Part shown: positions 10,463 through 27,200 of the stretch, one piece after another
Layout of the letters: each line of letters opens with the position of its first letter
How positions within the stretch are numbered: the stretch's first letter is position 1
Source of the DNA: Yuukianura sp. NJ FZ-2021
Taxonomy: Eukaryota
Assembly (NCBI GenBank): GCA_046563655.1
Contig: CM102285.1
Span: forward strand, 8,432,001 to 8,496,000
Length of the DNA: 64,000 nt
Reading direction: 5' to 3'
Notes under the pieces: model-generated
The model's input: only the letters and a program-made list of their open reading frames with translations
Databases searched by the model: none
Told to the model about the DNA's origin: nothing
Made by a program: the position numbers and the translations under genes

Positions 10463-12265
10463 ATGGACACATCTGCATCTGGGTCTGACCTTAAAACTCA
10501 AGGTATAAAGAAATGGAGCACCAAAGAGTTACGAAACCTGGTCAAGAGAGGCATGCTCACAAAACGTAACGGAGTCACTGAGCATGTTGCGTTGCATCCA
10601 TATTGGCTGGATAGACCACTTCAAGGGATCGAGGAAGATTTGGACCACCGCCTTGGTCGCTGGGTTCCGAGGTATGAATTAACATTAGAGTATTTGTATT
10701 TTTGCATTAGTCGTAAGACCTTGCATTAGCGTAAGGATGTTAATGCAAACTCCGCCCCTTTGCGTTAAGGCACAGTTCTTACAGCAAGAAGTTGCTGTAA
10801 GAACTCTTCTCTTACAGCAAGCGTTAAAGCAGCCGTAAGAGACGTGCTTTATCTCATCGGCCCCAAAACGTGACGGCGGTATGAGAACAATTTCAGTTCA
10901 ATAGCCTTTCTAATAAATGTCCTTCAATATATTAGTTGTAATTAATTAATTATAGTTCATAATTAAATTGTATATTAATAATAATTAATTTACACCACTC
11001 CAAGCATTGCGCTTTGCCATGCACATGTACAATATGTTATAATAGCATAATTAAGTATTACATATTATATATTACATAATAATATGATAATGTGTGTGAA
11101 TAGTTTATTTTATAATATATACTATTTCATGTATATACTTTTAGATAATACTATACTATGTAATATATATTATTATATCTAGTATATAGGGATTGATATA
11201 GTAAGTGTAATATAGTATATACATAGAATATCCTATAGTATTATATAAGTATATATATATATATAATAGTACAGTATAGTATGGTATAGAATATAGAATA
11301 GTATATATTATAAAATATGCTATGCATATACGTTATCATATTATACAGATTATTATGTAATATATACATATACATTATCACTAATATATTACAATTAGCG
11401 ACATTGCAACTAAACTCAATTTATTGCCCTAACAAATTTCTTAGCGCTGAAATCATGTTAACGCTATTTCTTTCAGTAGTGGAAAAAGCGCGTACAAATT
11501 GTCGTTGCATTTGCATTAGCGTTAGCGTAAGAATCTCTTACGCTACAGCAAGCTCTTACGCTAATGCAAAAAATACAAATACTCTATTAAGCTGATTTTC
11601 TCTCGTCTTGAACAAAGCTGGGTCAGTGAGTTTTGGTTCCGCCTGTATGGAATTGAAGTATGGCAATGACAAGTATGTCACTGTTACAGCGACACTGTAG
11701 GTGAAAAAAGTATTATTTTTCTTTTTACAGATTAGGGGGTTATCTGGTGACGTACAGTGATCTTCGACGAGATTTAAGGACCCCGTTAAATATTCATATA
11801 GACCAGCCGTGGATCCATGTTGACGTTGTGGGGAATTTTTACGTATTTAGACCCGAAGTGGGACAAGTACTGCAAGGTATGTATGTTAAGGTCAACACTA
11901 AATATTACTTTCGATTTGGACGGATGACAGAATTTTTTCTGAATTTTTTTGTAGGTGTAATTAAAAAATTGGGAAATACGGCAGCTATTTGTGTAGTTAT
12001 GGAGTTTTTCAGCGTCACAGTCGTCCCTACAATTGACTTTGATGTAAGTTTCCCAACTAGAACAATGAATTCTCTTCCAGTTTTAATCAGTAATCAACTC
12101 ATTTACAAAGAAAAAAATTACTTTTATTTTTTTGCACCTCCTTTTTAGATTTCGGAATGGACCATTGATACTGAACTGGAATTCCGCGTCACAGCAGTCC
12201 AGAATCGAGAAAAGGGGCCTCAAATTCGAGCAAAGTGTACGAGCGTTCTTTCGTTTAGTCAATAG
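10463..12265 (+). CDS. POLR1F: RNA polymerase I subunit RPA43 (TWISTNB), exons 10463-10671, 11731-11876, 11955-12043, 12149-12265 (3' end uncertain)
   Basis: HVALHPYWL...LGGYLVTYSDL...IHIDQPWIHVDVVGNFYVFRPEVGQVLQGVIKK matches the RPA43 SHS2/OB signature. Splice phases are consistent. Confidence 0.82.
10688..11584. mobile_element. non-autonomous TIR DNA element (~900 bp) in RPA43 intron 1 with an extremely AT-rich core
   Basis: TA|GAGTATTTGTATTTTTGCATTAGTCGTAAGACCTTGC ... GCAAGCTCTTACGCTAATGCAAAAAATACAAATACTC|TA. TIRs are ~45 bp with repeated subterminal GCATTAGCGTAAG motifs, and ~10930-11400 is TA-rich low complexity. Confidence 0.85.
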
Positions 12266-13801
12266 TTGTCAAGGTGATCTCTACTCATTCATTGCCTCGT
12301 ACTACTTTCCACAAACAAAACAACGTTCTCTAAAATCATTGCAGATCTTTTGATTTCCTGTAACAATCGACTTTTTACAACAATAAATTATTTTTGAAGA
12401 TCTCCCATCCTCAATCCTCAAGAATAAGTCGTCGCTGCTGGGCTGTGTTTATCGCTGAAGTTCGATTGACATCGGGTAAGAGATTTCATTTCTGGAAATT
12501 CATTTCGTAATTCCCAAGCTCTGCGGGAAGTATCAAATCTCGTCAAAGAACTACTGCCAGTACTGTGTAGGAATTCAATTACTTTACCAGGCACCGAAGG
12601 AAACGCGCTAGGCTTCTACAATAATAAGGATTCGCTTCATCGCTTCGGCACTAAATTACTCGTTTATGCGGCCCTCCTACCGTATGATTTGTATCAACCT
12701 CGCCGCTGTCCTTTTGTCCGACAAGACAGTTGACATTGCGTGTTTTTAAGAAATTAGAACAGGACGACTGAGATGAATCTGAGATTTAGTCATTTTCTGA
12801 CACTATTTCTACAGCCTAGTACAGCAACCAGACAGAACGGTCTTAAGATTAATTAAGCCATTTTTAGATCTAGAAAATTAGATGGAAAGCCTTTTTAACT
12901 TTCACCGTCAGTAGCATCTGAGAGTCAGCTTTGGCTAGGCCATTGATACTTAGCGATGGACGCGTACAAAGATAAGGACTTATCCTTTAAGAAATCTAGT
13001 ATGCAGAAATTCCAGAATTACCATGTTTTTCAGAGGAAAGGAGTAGCTGACTCTGCAGTAAGTTTGTTTTCTCTAAACAATCTGTCAACAGTAGTTAGGT
13101 TTGTTGAAGGTAGTTTTAGTTTATCTTTACAAGTTTACGCCGGTTAGATCGTACCGCTACATCTAATTTTTTTTTGTTGGAGAAAGTTAGTGGAAGTGGA
13201 ATCGAAAAAGTTTTGTGCAAACATGTAATCATCCTGTAGATGTTACTATAAAATTTATACAGTTTTGTTTCAAAGAAAACATTTTTGGAATGGACAGGAC
13301 ACGCGAAGCACAAGGAACGAACCGAAGTCAGCATTGTTTGTTTTGGACACTGATACTTTTGTAGCACTGAATCACAGTTATTAGCTGCAAATCAAAGCTA
13401 TAATGGGATTTTTGCTGAAGTTTTTTCCTTTTCTACTATTTCCCGAGTTTTGACTGACTTGAGAAAAAGATTTCCATTTATCAAAAAATGTTAGAGGAAA
13501 GAAAAATAGTAATTCCTGAATTTCTTCAGTCGAATTTCGGATGTAATCGGTTGAGCTGTGCGATATTTTGCCTAAACTGCGAAAATCAGCTCAGGTTTTC
13601 AGAATGTTAAAGAAGATTGTCCGTAAACTAGAAAATTCGAACCTTGTGGAGAATGAGGTACTCCAATTCTATTAGTACTAGAAATTGGGATCATTTGATT
13701 GAGTTCTGATCATGTTTTCTGCAAAAATAATCTAATAGTACCAAAATTTAATTTTTTTTTTCTTGGAATACTTGCAGTTGGAGTTCACTAGTGGAGGCAG
13801 A

Positions 13802-16497
13802 ATGGCGAAGGCGGCGGCTGCTAAAGGAGATGCTGGAAAGAAAGTGCTGGAAACGACTGCGTTTCAAATTGAATGTGAAACGGAGATGCAATGGAAGAAG
13901 CTTCTGAAAAGAGATGGACTCATTGGTAACGCTAACTATAAACCAAAATTTCTATTAATTAGTCAATCAAAAATTCAATTTGGAATTAAGATTTTGGTTT
14001 TCTACTTCTTTTTGCAGTTGTCGATGCATATGCGAGTTGGGCTGGACCTTGTATCGCCATGGTCAACACGCTTAAGAAAATCAAAGTTGAGGTCAATGAT
14101 GACCGGCTTTGGTACGCAGTGGTAAGTCCTTATCCTTCAGTGCATCCAGTTTTCATTAACATTTCGGAAAGAACTTTCTCTTTCCAGGCCCAGACAGACG
14201 ACATTGCGGACCTCCACATGTTCGTCGACCAATCTGAGCCAGCATGGATTTTTATTGGGGTGACTTTTAATGATTCGTTTGACAGAATTTTCGAAATTGA
14301 GTTTGAATTTCTTGAGTTTGGTCCTCTAGTTACGTTTTTGCTCCTGCAGGGTGGAAAGCCAGTGAAAGTTTTTCGCGGAACCAACGTCCCTAAGTTCATC
14401 GCATTGGTGAAATCTGAATTTGAGCACGAATTGCTCTGTTTGCAAGGAAAAGCCAAGCGCAACTTGATCTCGATTGACGACGAAGTAAGTCGTCGCAGGA
14501 AAGCAGAGGCCGAGGCAGCGAACCTCATGAAATTCATGAAGGATGAAGATCAAACCGGTAATAAAACAAGCAGTTTCAATATAACCTGACACATCAATCA
14601 GGGCAAATGATTCTGACGAAATTCAATCCTTCATGAAACTGATATTTTGTTATTTCTTGAATTGCTGATTAGCTGAGGGCATGAATGCTGTTCGTCGAGA
14701 TTCCAGTGTTCGTCTTATGAACACACTGGAACCTTACACAGTTCTCGTCGTACAACACTATCTTTTGGAAACTGGAGCGCTTACTGAAATTCGGGACGAA
14801 TTGTACGGAGAATTTAAGGTTCGTTTTTTTAAGTAGTTAGAAACATAAGTTCATGGCAATCTTCTTAAAAAAAAACTGTGATTTGTTTCCAGATTGAGCA
14901 AGAGCGCACTGTAAATTTGAACGAAAAGGGGGTTCGTGAACTTTTTCGTATTCCGTACGAAATTCCGGATCCAAATCAGCCCGCTGAAGCCTTGATCAAC
15001 TTCACAGCTCCACCGCCAGCGGCAGCTGAAAATCCTACTCCGAGTGAAGATGCTTTACCAACGGAAAATCCGCCACCAGAAGAGGAAGCTCCAAAACCAG
15101 CTCCAGTGAAGAAGCCACCTATCAAGACGATTCCAATTCCAGTTCCTCCGGAAATTCTCGGCGACACGCATATCATGCTTCTGGAAGCAATTGATCTGAA
15201 GAAGATGAGGAAACAAGGAAAACGCCCTGCACCAAACAGTCCACTTCAAATTGCAGATGACTACTTGCAGGTCAAAGTGGGACCAATTGTATACGAGGAT
15301 GCTCTGGAGCATGCTCCTTACTCGTAAATGAAAAGACGAATTTCGAATTTGAGTACCTTTGATTTTTGTTAAACTCTGGATTTTTTTTTATAGGTTTCAT
15401 GCAATTTATGGAAAAGGAGAATATGTTCCTGGCGTTTGGTGTCCTCGACGTTACGACGACAAGAGATACGTCCTGATCAACTTTTTCCCGCGCTTTGTCA
15501 CTGAGATGTTGAGTCCACCGCCGGACTCAGGGACTCCAGATTACATGGTTGCAGTTTTTCCTGCTTCGAAGGCAGCGGAAGTCAGCATGAACGTAAGTAA
15601 TAAATTTTCTCAATTTAATCTTCAGAACATTGGGTATTTGGTTTTAATATCCAATAAGTAATCAACTAATTATTTAGTTTAATAGAACTTTGTCGATTTT
15701 AGATGGAGCTTCATCGTCAAGACGTGTTGGCCACGGGAAGTATGAAGCTGCCTGCCGATGTCGTGGAGCAAATGGTGGTTTCGTATGGTTTTCCAAAGGA
15801 GAGCGAACCTTATAAAACCAAGAAGGAGAAGATTACTGGGTAATTGATATCATCACAAAAAATTACATCTTTTACACATATTTTATATGCAATTTTGTTT
15901 AGGGACGTCTTTGTTGTGAGCGTGAACAAAACCAACAGTAGCCTTGGTTTGGCCATCAAAGCCCTTGACCCTGTCCACGTCAGCTACGACAACACGACTG
16001 GGAAGCTGGAGTCGGGAAAACTCTTTTCAGAGCTTGGTATCAAGTTAGATGAGATTCCGAATGCCACTGAGGCTGTTGCCAAGTTTTTGGCTCGATCCAA
16101 GAAACGTCCAGCCTCAATCACTGAACTTGCTGTCGTGGCTTTGAGTCGAGTTCCGTCGGCTGCTGCTTCTGGAACTCAACTGGCAGTGGCGGCAAGTGAG
16201 GAGGAAATGGGATCAGACAACGAAGGCGAGGAGACACATGAAGAAAGTAAGGAGGAAGCACCCGCTGCAGCAGTAGTGGATGAGCCTCCGGCGGAAACAG
16301 AACCTCCGCAATTTGCCGACTTTGAGGAGGAAGCTGAAGACGGGGAGGGTGAAGCAAAGGTGGAACCTGAAGCAGCAGCCGCAGAACCGGAAGCAGCAGC
16401 GGCTGAACCGGAGGAAAAACCGGAAGCGCCAGCAGAAGAAGCTCCACCTCCGGAACCAGTGTCAGCTGAAGAAGAAGACGGGGAGGAGGGGGGTTAA
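13802..16497 (+). CDS. thioredoxin domain-containing protein 3 homolog (NME8/NME9-type N-terminal Trx domain, probable DUF4746 region, acidic tail), ~9 exons
   Basis: MAKAAAAKG...AFQIECETEMQWKKLLKRDGLIVVDAYASWAGPCIAMVNTLKKIK...SEPAWIFIGGGKPV resembles the TRX_NDPK-type domain. A GVWCP motif lies downstream and the C-terminus is E/A/P-rich. Short introns are canonical. Confidence 0.75.
16363..16413 (+). repeat. coding 21-bp tandem repeat (EPEAAAA x2.4)
   Basis: GAACCTGAAGCAGCAGCCGCA GAACCGGAAGCAGCAGCGGCT GAACCGGAG. Confidence 0.7.
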
Positions 16498-16929
16498 AGG
16501 TTACAAGTTAATCCTCAACTTCGGCTAAACTTAATCTTACACCGAGTTTTAAACATGTTAACCATTTTTTTTCTAGAACCGCTTCATTTCAACCAACAAT
16601 AATCGCCAACAAGCCTAAACCGCAACGCATTTCATTGAAAAATCCTCAAGAAACTTCAATTTAGTTTGTTTGTACTTGAAGAAAGTTATTGTGAAAGGAC
16701 AATAATAAGGTTGCTTACATTTCTTTTCGCCTGTTTTCCCAAAACTGCTGGCATTATTTACATGTGATGGTACTAAAGGAAAGGCAAATTGTTTGCATAG
16801 GGTAGGTTGGTCATAAGTTTAAGTTAAAAATTGGTACAAAGATTTTTAAAATGGAGTATGATTTCCATGTAGAATATAAAATGTTAAAAACGTATCAGCC
16901 ATGCATAGTATTAGTTGATATCAAGCAGT

Positions 16930-20454
<3,525 letters not shown>

Positions 20455-20659
20455 TCTTCTCTCTCGCAATAAAGATCCGATTTCAGTCTTCTTTTACAAT
20501 CTTCTTTTATTTTTGCATTTAGTTCATAAAACCAAGCATCGGATTTTGAATTCCAATTCAGCGGTTTCTGCAAAATATTTTATTATATTTATTTTAATAC
20601 CCACAACGTTAAGCAAAACACAGTCTCCGATTGTGTGAAGTTAGTAAAGAACTAACCTG

Positions 20660-20910
20660 GTGAAATTGAAAAAGAAACTGCTGTTTCCGACTTCCCAAAA
20701 TAAAATGTAATGTTTTGCTTTGGTCAAAGGCTTTCCAGGCAGATTCCCGAGCGATGAATGATTAATTGAGGCGACCTATAATTAGTGGCATGAATTGATG
20801 CTAAGATTTGTATAAAATGAAAATAAAAATAAAAACAAAGCTTTCACTGTCTCACTTCTTCGGAGCTTTTCTGTTCTTTTGTTATTTTTGTGTGTGTTGC
20901 ATGCCATTGT
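20660..20910. promoter_or_regulatory. candidate shared/divergent promoter region of E(z) and the Jarid2 leader
   Basis: Lies between the E(z) first-exon donor (~20656, minus) and the first plus-strand exon-like block (~20914-21082, donor AAG|GTCAGA). TSSs are not demonstrable from sequence. Confidence 0.4.
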
Positions 20911-23900
20911 AATAGAAAGAGCCCGCTCCAAGAGTGCCGGAAAACTCAACAAGAAGTGGCAACAATGTTTTCATCATCGTATTTTACACCTCTCGACCCC
21001 TCCAATCAATCATCTCGAGGAAGCGTCTTTCGTCTTCTATGGATATCAAAACAGAAACATTCTCCAAATGAAAATTTAACAAGGTCAGAGGTCAATAATG
21101 GGTGCCGCTAATTATAGTAGAAATTTAAGGAAAGTAAGTATAACTCGAGAGTAAATTAAGTTTGTTGTAGTAGATGCTAATGACTGATTATTAAATACAG
21201 TCATAAAAGGTAAATGCACTTAAGGCATTGTTGTTTTAACCAGTGATAGCGAAATAGCGATTAGCGAATGACGTTGTTTGAATATTTCTGGATTCCTTCT
21301 GCGAAACTAAAAATATTTAAACTGATCAGTCAGCGTTTTTATTAATTTTCATTTTTCATTAATTTTGAAATCAAACTTAGAATGGTGTGCAGCTGAAATT
21401 GAAATTCATTTCGAAATTTCAGCTACGTTTCTCCAGAGATCGGGTCATTTTTAGACTTTTTTTTTGGTTCTAGCACAAATGCACCGATGATGGGGCAAAA
21501 ACTGATCTAAAAGTTATCTGACTTACAAAATAGATTTTCAAATTCTTCCAATGAACGGACAGGTTCTGGTCCTTTGGTCATTGATTAGGTTTCTGTGTTT
21601 CGGTATATCGGATCAGGAAATAGAGTGACGGATCGTTTCAACGGCTCCGCTTGTTTAGTACTTCAAAAATACCGAGCTGCAGATGCAGAAATGCAACTCA
21701 ATTGCAAAAGTATGAGAGCAATACTGTTAATTACTACAATTATTTTACCGGAACTGCTAGTCCGGCAATCCGTGCAAGTTCGTCTAAAACCGGGCGACGA
21801 CGCCAAGACCAGAACTTTAGTGGTGAAAGTGAATTTGTAGTACTCAAGCAAAAAACTTTCTATCGACGAGCAGAGGTCATCAGGTTTGAGGGTTTCTGGT
21901 ACTGATGTTTTGACCTTCATACCTTGGCCTCGACAGTTTCTGGCAGAAACTCCTAAAAACAGTTTACGATTAAAGATATAACTGTTCCTCCGGACTTTCT
22001 CCGCGTAGAGTACATGACTGGATACACATTTCTAGGTAACTTTTTACAAGCAACTTTCTCCCATGTCCCACCTTAAAAAAGTTCAAAGTTTATTATAGTT
22101 TTGCTAAAACGTTAATATTTTTAGGAACGATGTACGACCTTGGATTTTTGGTGCTTTTCAGAATCTGTTACTGCCCCGTGACCCTTCCGTACATGTAGCT
22201 ACGGTGGTTCGATGTCATTAAACCAGTGACACTACAGGAAGCCCTTCAACAATTCACACCGTCAAAACAAGACAAAGCAATGCTCAAGCTTGGAAATCTT
22301 GAAACAAAGAGATGAGATAACCGTGAGCAAAGAAAAATTAGGTATTGTCCTATTCACGAATTACTGCAAACTGGAATGACTCATTTAAATTGCTTCTCGG
22401 TCAATTACCGTCGGGGGTGAGTAATGCCAGTGAGACAGAGGATGTAACAATTTGAACTTGGTTTTTATGACCACTTCATCTTTGCATGTGCCTTTCTACG
22501 CTGGTGGTAAAGAGAGTGATGAGTTTGTGAGAAGGAAGGTGAAAGTGCGAACAGCGTAGTGAAGTGTTTATCAACATAGCGGCGCGGCGTCCTTTGATAG
22601 ATCCGCATCCGGATAAGGAATCATTAACCTCCCTCTCCAGTACGCACTTCCTATGCAGCAAGCAGTCTACACTATAGTCGCACTTCCGTACCACCCCACT
22701 ACCATACAATTCCCGTCATGTCAACAAAACGCATCTTCGCATTTCCAAATCCCCCACACGAACCAACGCAAACATCCAGTATGTTGTTTCCCATGCCATA
22801 TTCTGTGACACTCCAGCAGCAACAGCTCAGCACCAGCAGACAGAAGTAAAGGTATGAGGGGATATTAGTGTTACTTTGATGTGTATTACATTCGAATGCT
22901 ATTGAGCCCGTATCTCCAGTAAAAGACTCACATCAGTTAAAAGTAAATAAAAGCTAAGGTTGCTTTTTTTGTGGACAATTACCGAGAAAATACGAAGGTT
23001 ATTTCCAGTGCAATTTCCTTGTTGGTGTAGTATTACTTATGGACATGACTATTTTGGAGTGTGTTTGAGTAGCATGAGTATAATATCGTTAATAATACTG
23101 CTAGCAGGCGACCGTCAAAACATTGGTGGGGCATCGGATGTGTTAAACTTAGCGTTTATAACAAATATTGTAGTGAATAAAAAAAATGCGGTATCGTCTT
23201 TTCCACTGCGTAGTGAAGAAATATTACTCGGAAAATTGTAGCACCACTTCTATTAACATGAAATGGTGAAAAGTGTATATAAGTTGAGAAGTTTATAAAA
23301 TAATAAACAAGTTTCAAAAAGTTTCAAAAACAATAGTTTCAAAAAAGTTAGCTGTATTAAATGTTTTAATGTTGTTAACTAATTGATTGTATTTATTTCG
23401 AACTTTTTTCCAATAAGTTCAACGGACAGTCGCCCTCGGCAGTCAGCTGTCATTATGTTCCGGGTAGCAATTATTGTCCCTCCATAGTTCTGGAGTACCC
23501 TTGTTCCTGAAATTTTTTTGCATAGTGCCTGCCTGCCTACGTGATCTCATCTCGAAACTACTCCATCACATCACGTTTTCACATTGCACATCGTTCCTAG
23601 ATCTATCCCATTCTTTTATCACCGGAGGAAGGATGGACGCAGGCGTCCTCAAGGGTACTCTCTCAGTCCTCGGTCACGTCCATCTGAGCCAACAGCCTCC
23701 AACAATGAAGATCCTCCTGGACCCTTTACAGACTCATCTCCACGACAATGGAAGCTACCCCAGCCCTTACTCGTACTGCTTCCGACACAAAAGAAGACCC
23801 TAGGCCCTGCAAACACAAACTACTACCACTACCTCCTACAAGAAGAGGGTTTTTAAATTTAGAAAACACTTTTTTTAAACAAGCAAACCAACGTCCTCAG

Positions 23901-24290
23901 CAGAACAGATTCTTCAAAAAGACTGTGTCAAGATTGGTGTTCTTTCCTTCGAGGTACTTAATTGTAATGCATGTGTAAGTTTAACCAATTCGAATTATCA
24001 TCAAAAGGAATCAGTCCTTAGCCACTAACTGTCACCGCAGCTTGACGATTGACCAGCAGGAGCAGGAACTTCCACAAGATGAAACTTTACCACTTTACTA
24101 CGCACTTACCAATATTATTTGTAGCAGATAAGTGCAATTTGTCATAATTTCTCAAGAGCTACCACAAATGGAACAAGACCAAATAGTGTTCAGAGTAAAA
24201 GAAGGTTGAGGTGAGGACAACGGAAACGCGACTGACGACAGTTGTTCCAGTGGTCGACTTTACGACGGTCTCGGTGGTGTTTACCTAATA

Positions 24291-27200
24291 ATGGTGGTGA
24301 AAGGAACGAATAATGGCAACAAAAGAAAAATTGACGACGTCTTACTGCCAACAGCCACCACTGCATCACGGATCCCAACACCGCAATCATCTCCAAAGAA
24401 TCTTTGTAATCCATCCGCTGCATCACCTCCAATCTGTGCCAAATTGAACACGTGAGATTGACATCTAACAGCATTAATCTTATTTATACTTTCAAAAAAA
24501 ATCAATCAATCACACGAGTACTAATCGAATCCAATGTAGAATAGTACTTTCATGCAGTCTAGCACTTTTCATTCAGAAACATTTCATCCATTTGTTCAAT
24601 TTAACTAATTTTGGTTTTTCTCATTTTAATTTTTGTAGTATTCCAAGGGCTCAGCGCAAGTTTGCTCAAGGGGTGGTCATACCGAGTCCTCCGGTTACTC
24701 CGTACAAAATACCGAAGACAGTGACGCCTCCAGTACGAAAAGTTCGGATTCCTCAATACTCGCCTCCAGTAAAAAGACCAAAAACTGAAGACTTCTTGAC
24801 CTTCCTATGTTATAGAGGTTAGTCACCTCATGTCGTGAATTGCCCTGCAATTTTGACATTGCTTGATGTTCAGCTATGTTAAAAAATCCAGGATATGCAT
24901 TTATGGCATACGTGGAAAATCCATTAAACACTAAGTTACTTAACTTAATGTTTAATGGATTTTTAAACAATTGTTTTAAAACATTTAAAAGATGAAAGTT
25001 GTAGATTGGAATTGAATTTGGGACAGACGCTAAGTCTGCTTTACTGCTTCTACTCAGTGTTATATTGTTGATAAACAAACGATTCTATTTTTATCTTTTG
25101 GTTTTATAGGAACGCCAGCTTTACCAAAGAGCTTAAATTTCTTCAACTACCCTTCCCATTATGATCGCATCATTGATTGTGTCAAAGTCCAGCCCAGAAA
25201 CGAGCTCAAGTCTTGGCGAAGACAGTCTCAATCAGCGACACAGGTCTCATCTTCTAATGCAAGTTCTTCAAAACAACGATCTCACAGACAATGGACAGAT
25301 TCTAAACGGAATCTGTCCTTCAAATCTGCTCAGAAACAGACTGCCAAGATCAGCAAGAGTATCGAAGCAATACATAACAAGGCTGAAAAGGGCAAGGAAG
25401 TAGGAAAATTAGCCAAAAAATCAATAATTCAACCGTCTCCAGCGGTCTCATCGTCACAAAGTGTTCCTCTTCGAAAACCTACGCATATTAATGAACAAGA
25501 CGCTAAGTTTGCAATTTCAGCACTTAAGCTGAAGTACCAGGAAAAACGACTAGCAAATTCAAAATCAACGGGATCAGTAGCTTCAAAACTCGCCAAAAAA
25601 GGTAAGCGGAAAATCCTCGGTACTTAAACTTTCATGTTTGAGAAGTTGATGTCAAAAATCTTACTAAATCTGATTTGTTTTTAGTGAAAGACAGACGTGT
25701 AATTTTAACGCGTTCCAAATCTCGGGAAGATAGTGGCTTGAAATCCACTTTGAACAAACCAAGGACTAGAGTTTGTTCTTCTCAGGAGTTGAGTCGACGC
25801 AATGCACCCTCTCCTGACATTATCGATGGAGTCAAGCTTAATCAGCCGTCGGGGATGGACTCTAGTTCTTCTGGAAGTGAATCCACGTCATCTGGTAAAA
25901 TTTGCAACTTTGCAAGAACAATTGCAGTCAATGATTGTTTGGAAAATACGGATAATAAGTTTTATACGTTAAACTGAAGTAAAGTATGGTGTGCTTTTAG
26001 ATGATGATAGCAGCAAGTCATCCAGCTCTAAGCGAAGCGAGAAAGAAGAAAAGAAGGCAAGAAACGATTGCACTCGAACTCTGCGAAGCGGCAGAGGAGC
26101 GGTACACAGCGTTTCCAGAACAAATTCCAAACCTACTTCAAACAAAGTTCCTATGCCAGAACGAATTTCTACGCGAGCGTCTAGAAGAAACAGTGCTTCG
26201 CCGCTACGTGAATTGCCTATGTATGGCGTAGTAAAGAGACGCAAGAAGAAATTGAAACGAGATGTATCACCTGCACGGAGAAGAAAGCTCGATAAGCAAC
26301 AGGAAATGGAAAGGTAAGTGATGCTAATTTAACAATTTACAGTAGATGTAAATGCATTAAAGTTATGATGCTTGTGCTAATTCTAATTCAAAATTTTTTT
26401 AGAGCCTCTTCGAGTGGGACATCGCGTCGTCCATCTCGAAAAACCAAGGAGAGCGCAGCTTTTTTTCTGAATTTAATAACAAAAAGCTTCAGCTCCGATG
26501 AGAACGAAAATGGTGAAAAAAGTGAAGACCAATCGGAGGGCGATACTAGTTCATCAGAAACAAAATTTTTGGAAAATCGATACAAAGCCATTATGAAACG
26601 TGATGAGCAGCAGAAGGGGAAGAAGTCTACACGTCGAACAGAGCAGAAAGTTATTCCGAAGAAGAAATCGCATCTCGACGAGGGAAATGAGTCGACTAAT
26701 AGAACACGGCGTCCTGAAAAACGAATTCTACGTAGTGAGAGTGTTAGAAAAAAGGAGGAGCGGAAAAGTAGCCCAGTAGCAACGAGAAATTCAACACGTC
26801 GTTCCACGGTGGCGAATCCTCCAGCTCAGAAACCGGTTCATGCTGGAGCTGCTCGGAAAAGTGCCTCTGTCTTTCCAAGGAAGTACAAGCAATCCTCGTC
26901 ATCATCGCCTTCAAGCAGTGACAGTGAAGATTCTAGTTCCAGTTCATCAAATGGCGATAACGAAAACAGAAGTGAAGACAGAAAGAAGCGAACGATGTCT
27001 TCCAAGCAGGTTGACTCCAGCTCCAAATCACGCGGATCGGCAAAGAGGTCTACGGTGAACAAGAAGCCTCAGAAAGTAACTGAGGAGACTAGCTCGGAGC
27101 ATGGAAATGATTCGGATTCTGACAGTGACGGAGCAGAAGTAGGTGAAAATGGAAGTTCTACACAAGAAAGTCGCTGTGTCGGTGCTACTGCTTCGATTGG

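Noticed and set aside
11317..11595. 92-aa I/Y-rich ORF
   Set aside because: Artefact of the AT-rich core and TIR of the intronic element.
3204..12265. ABT1 and RPA43 as a ribosome-biogenesis cluster
   Set aside because: They are separated by two unrelated genes, and proximity is easily chance in a compact housekeeping region.
12630..12660. TCGCTTCGGCA resembling the U6 snRNA 5' end
   Set aside because: The similarity does not extend, and there is no ACAGAGA box.
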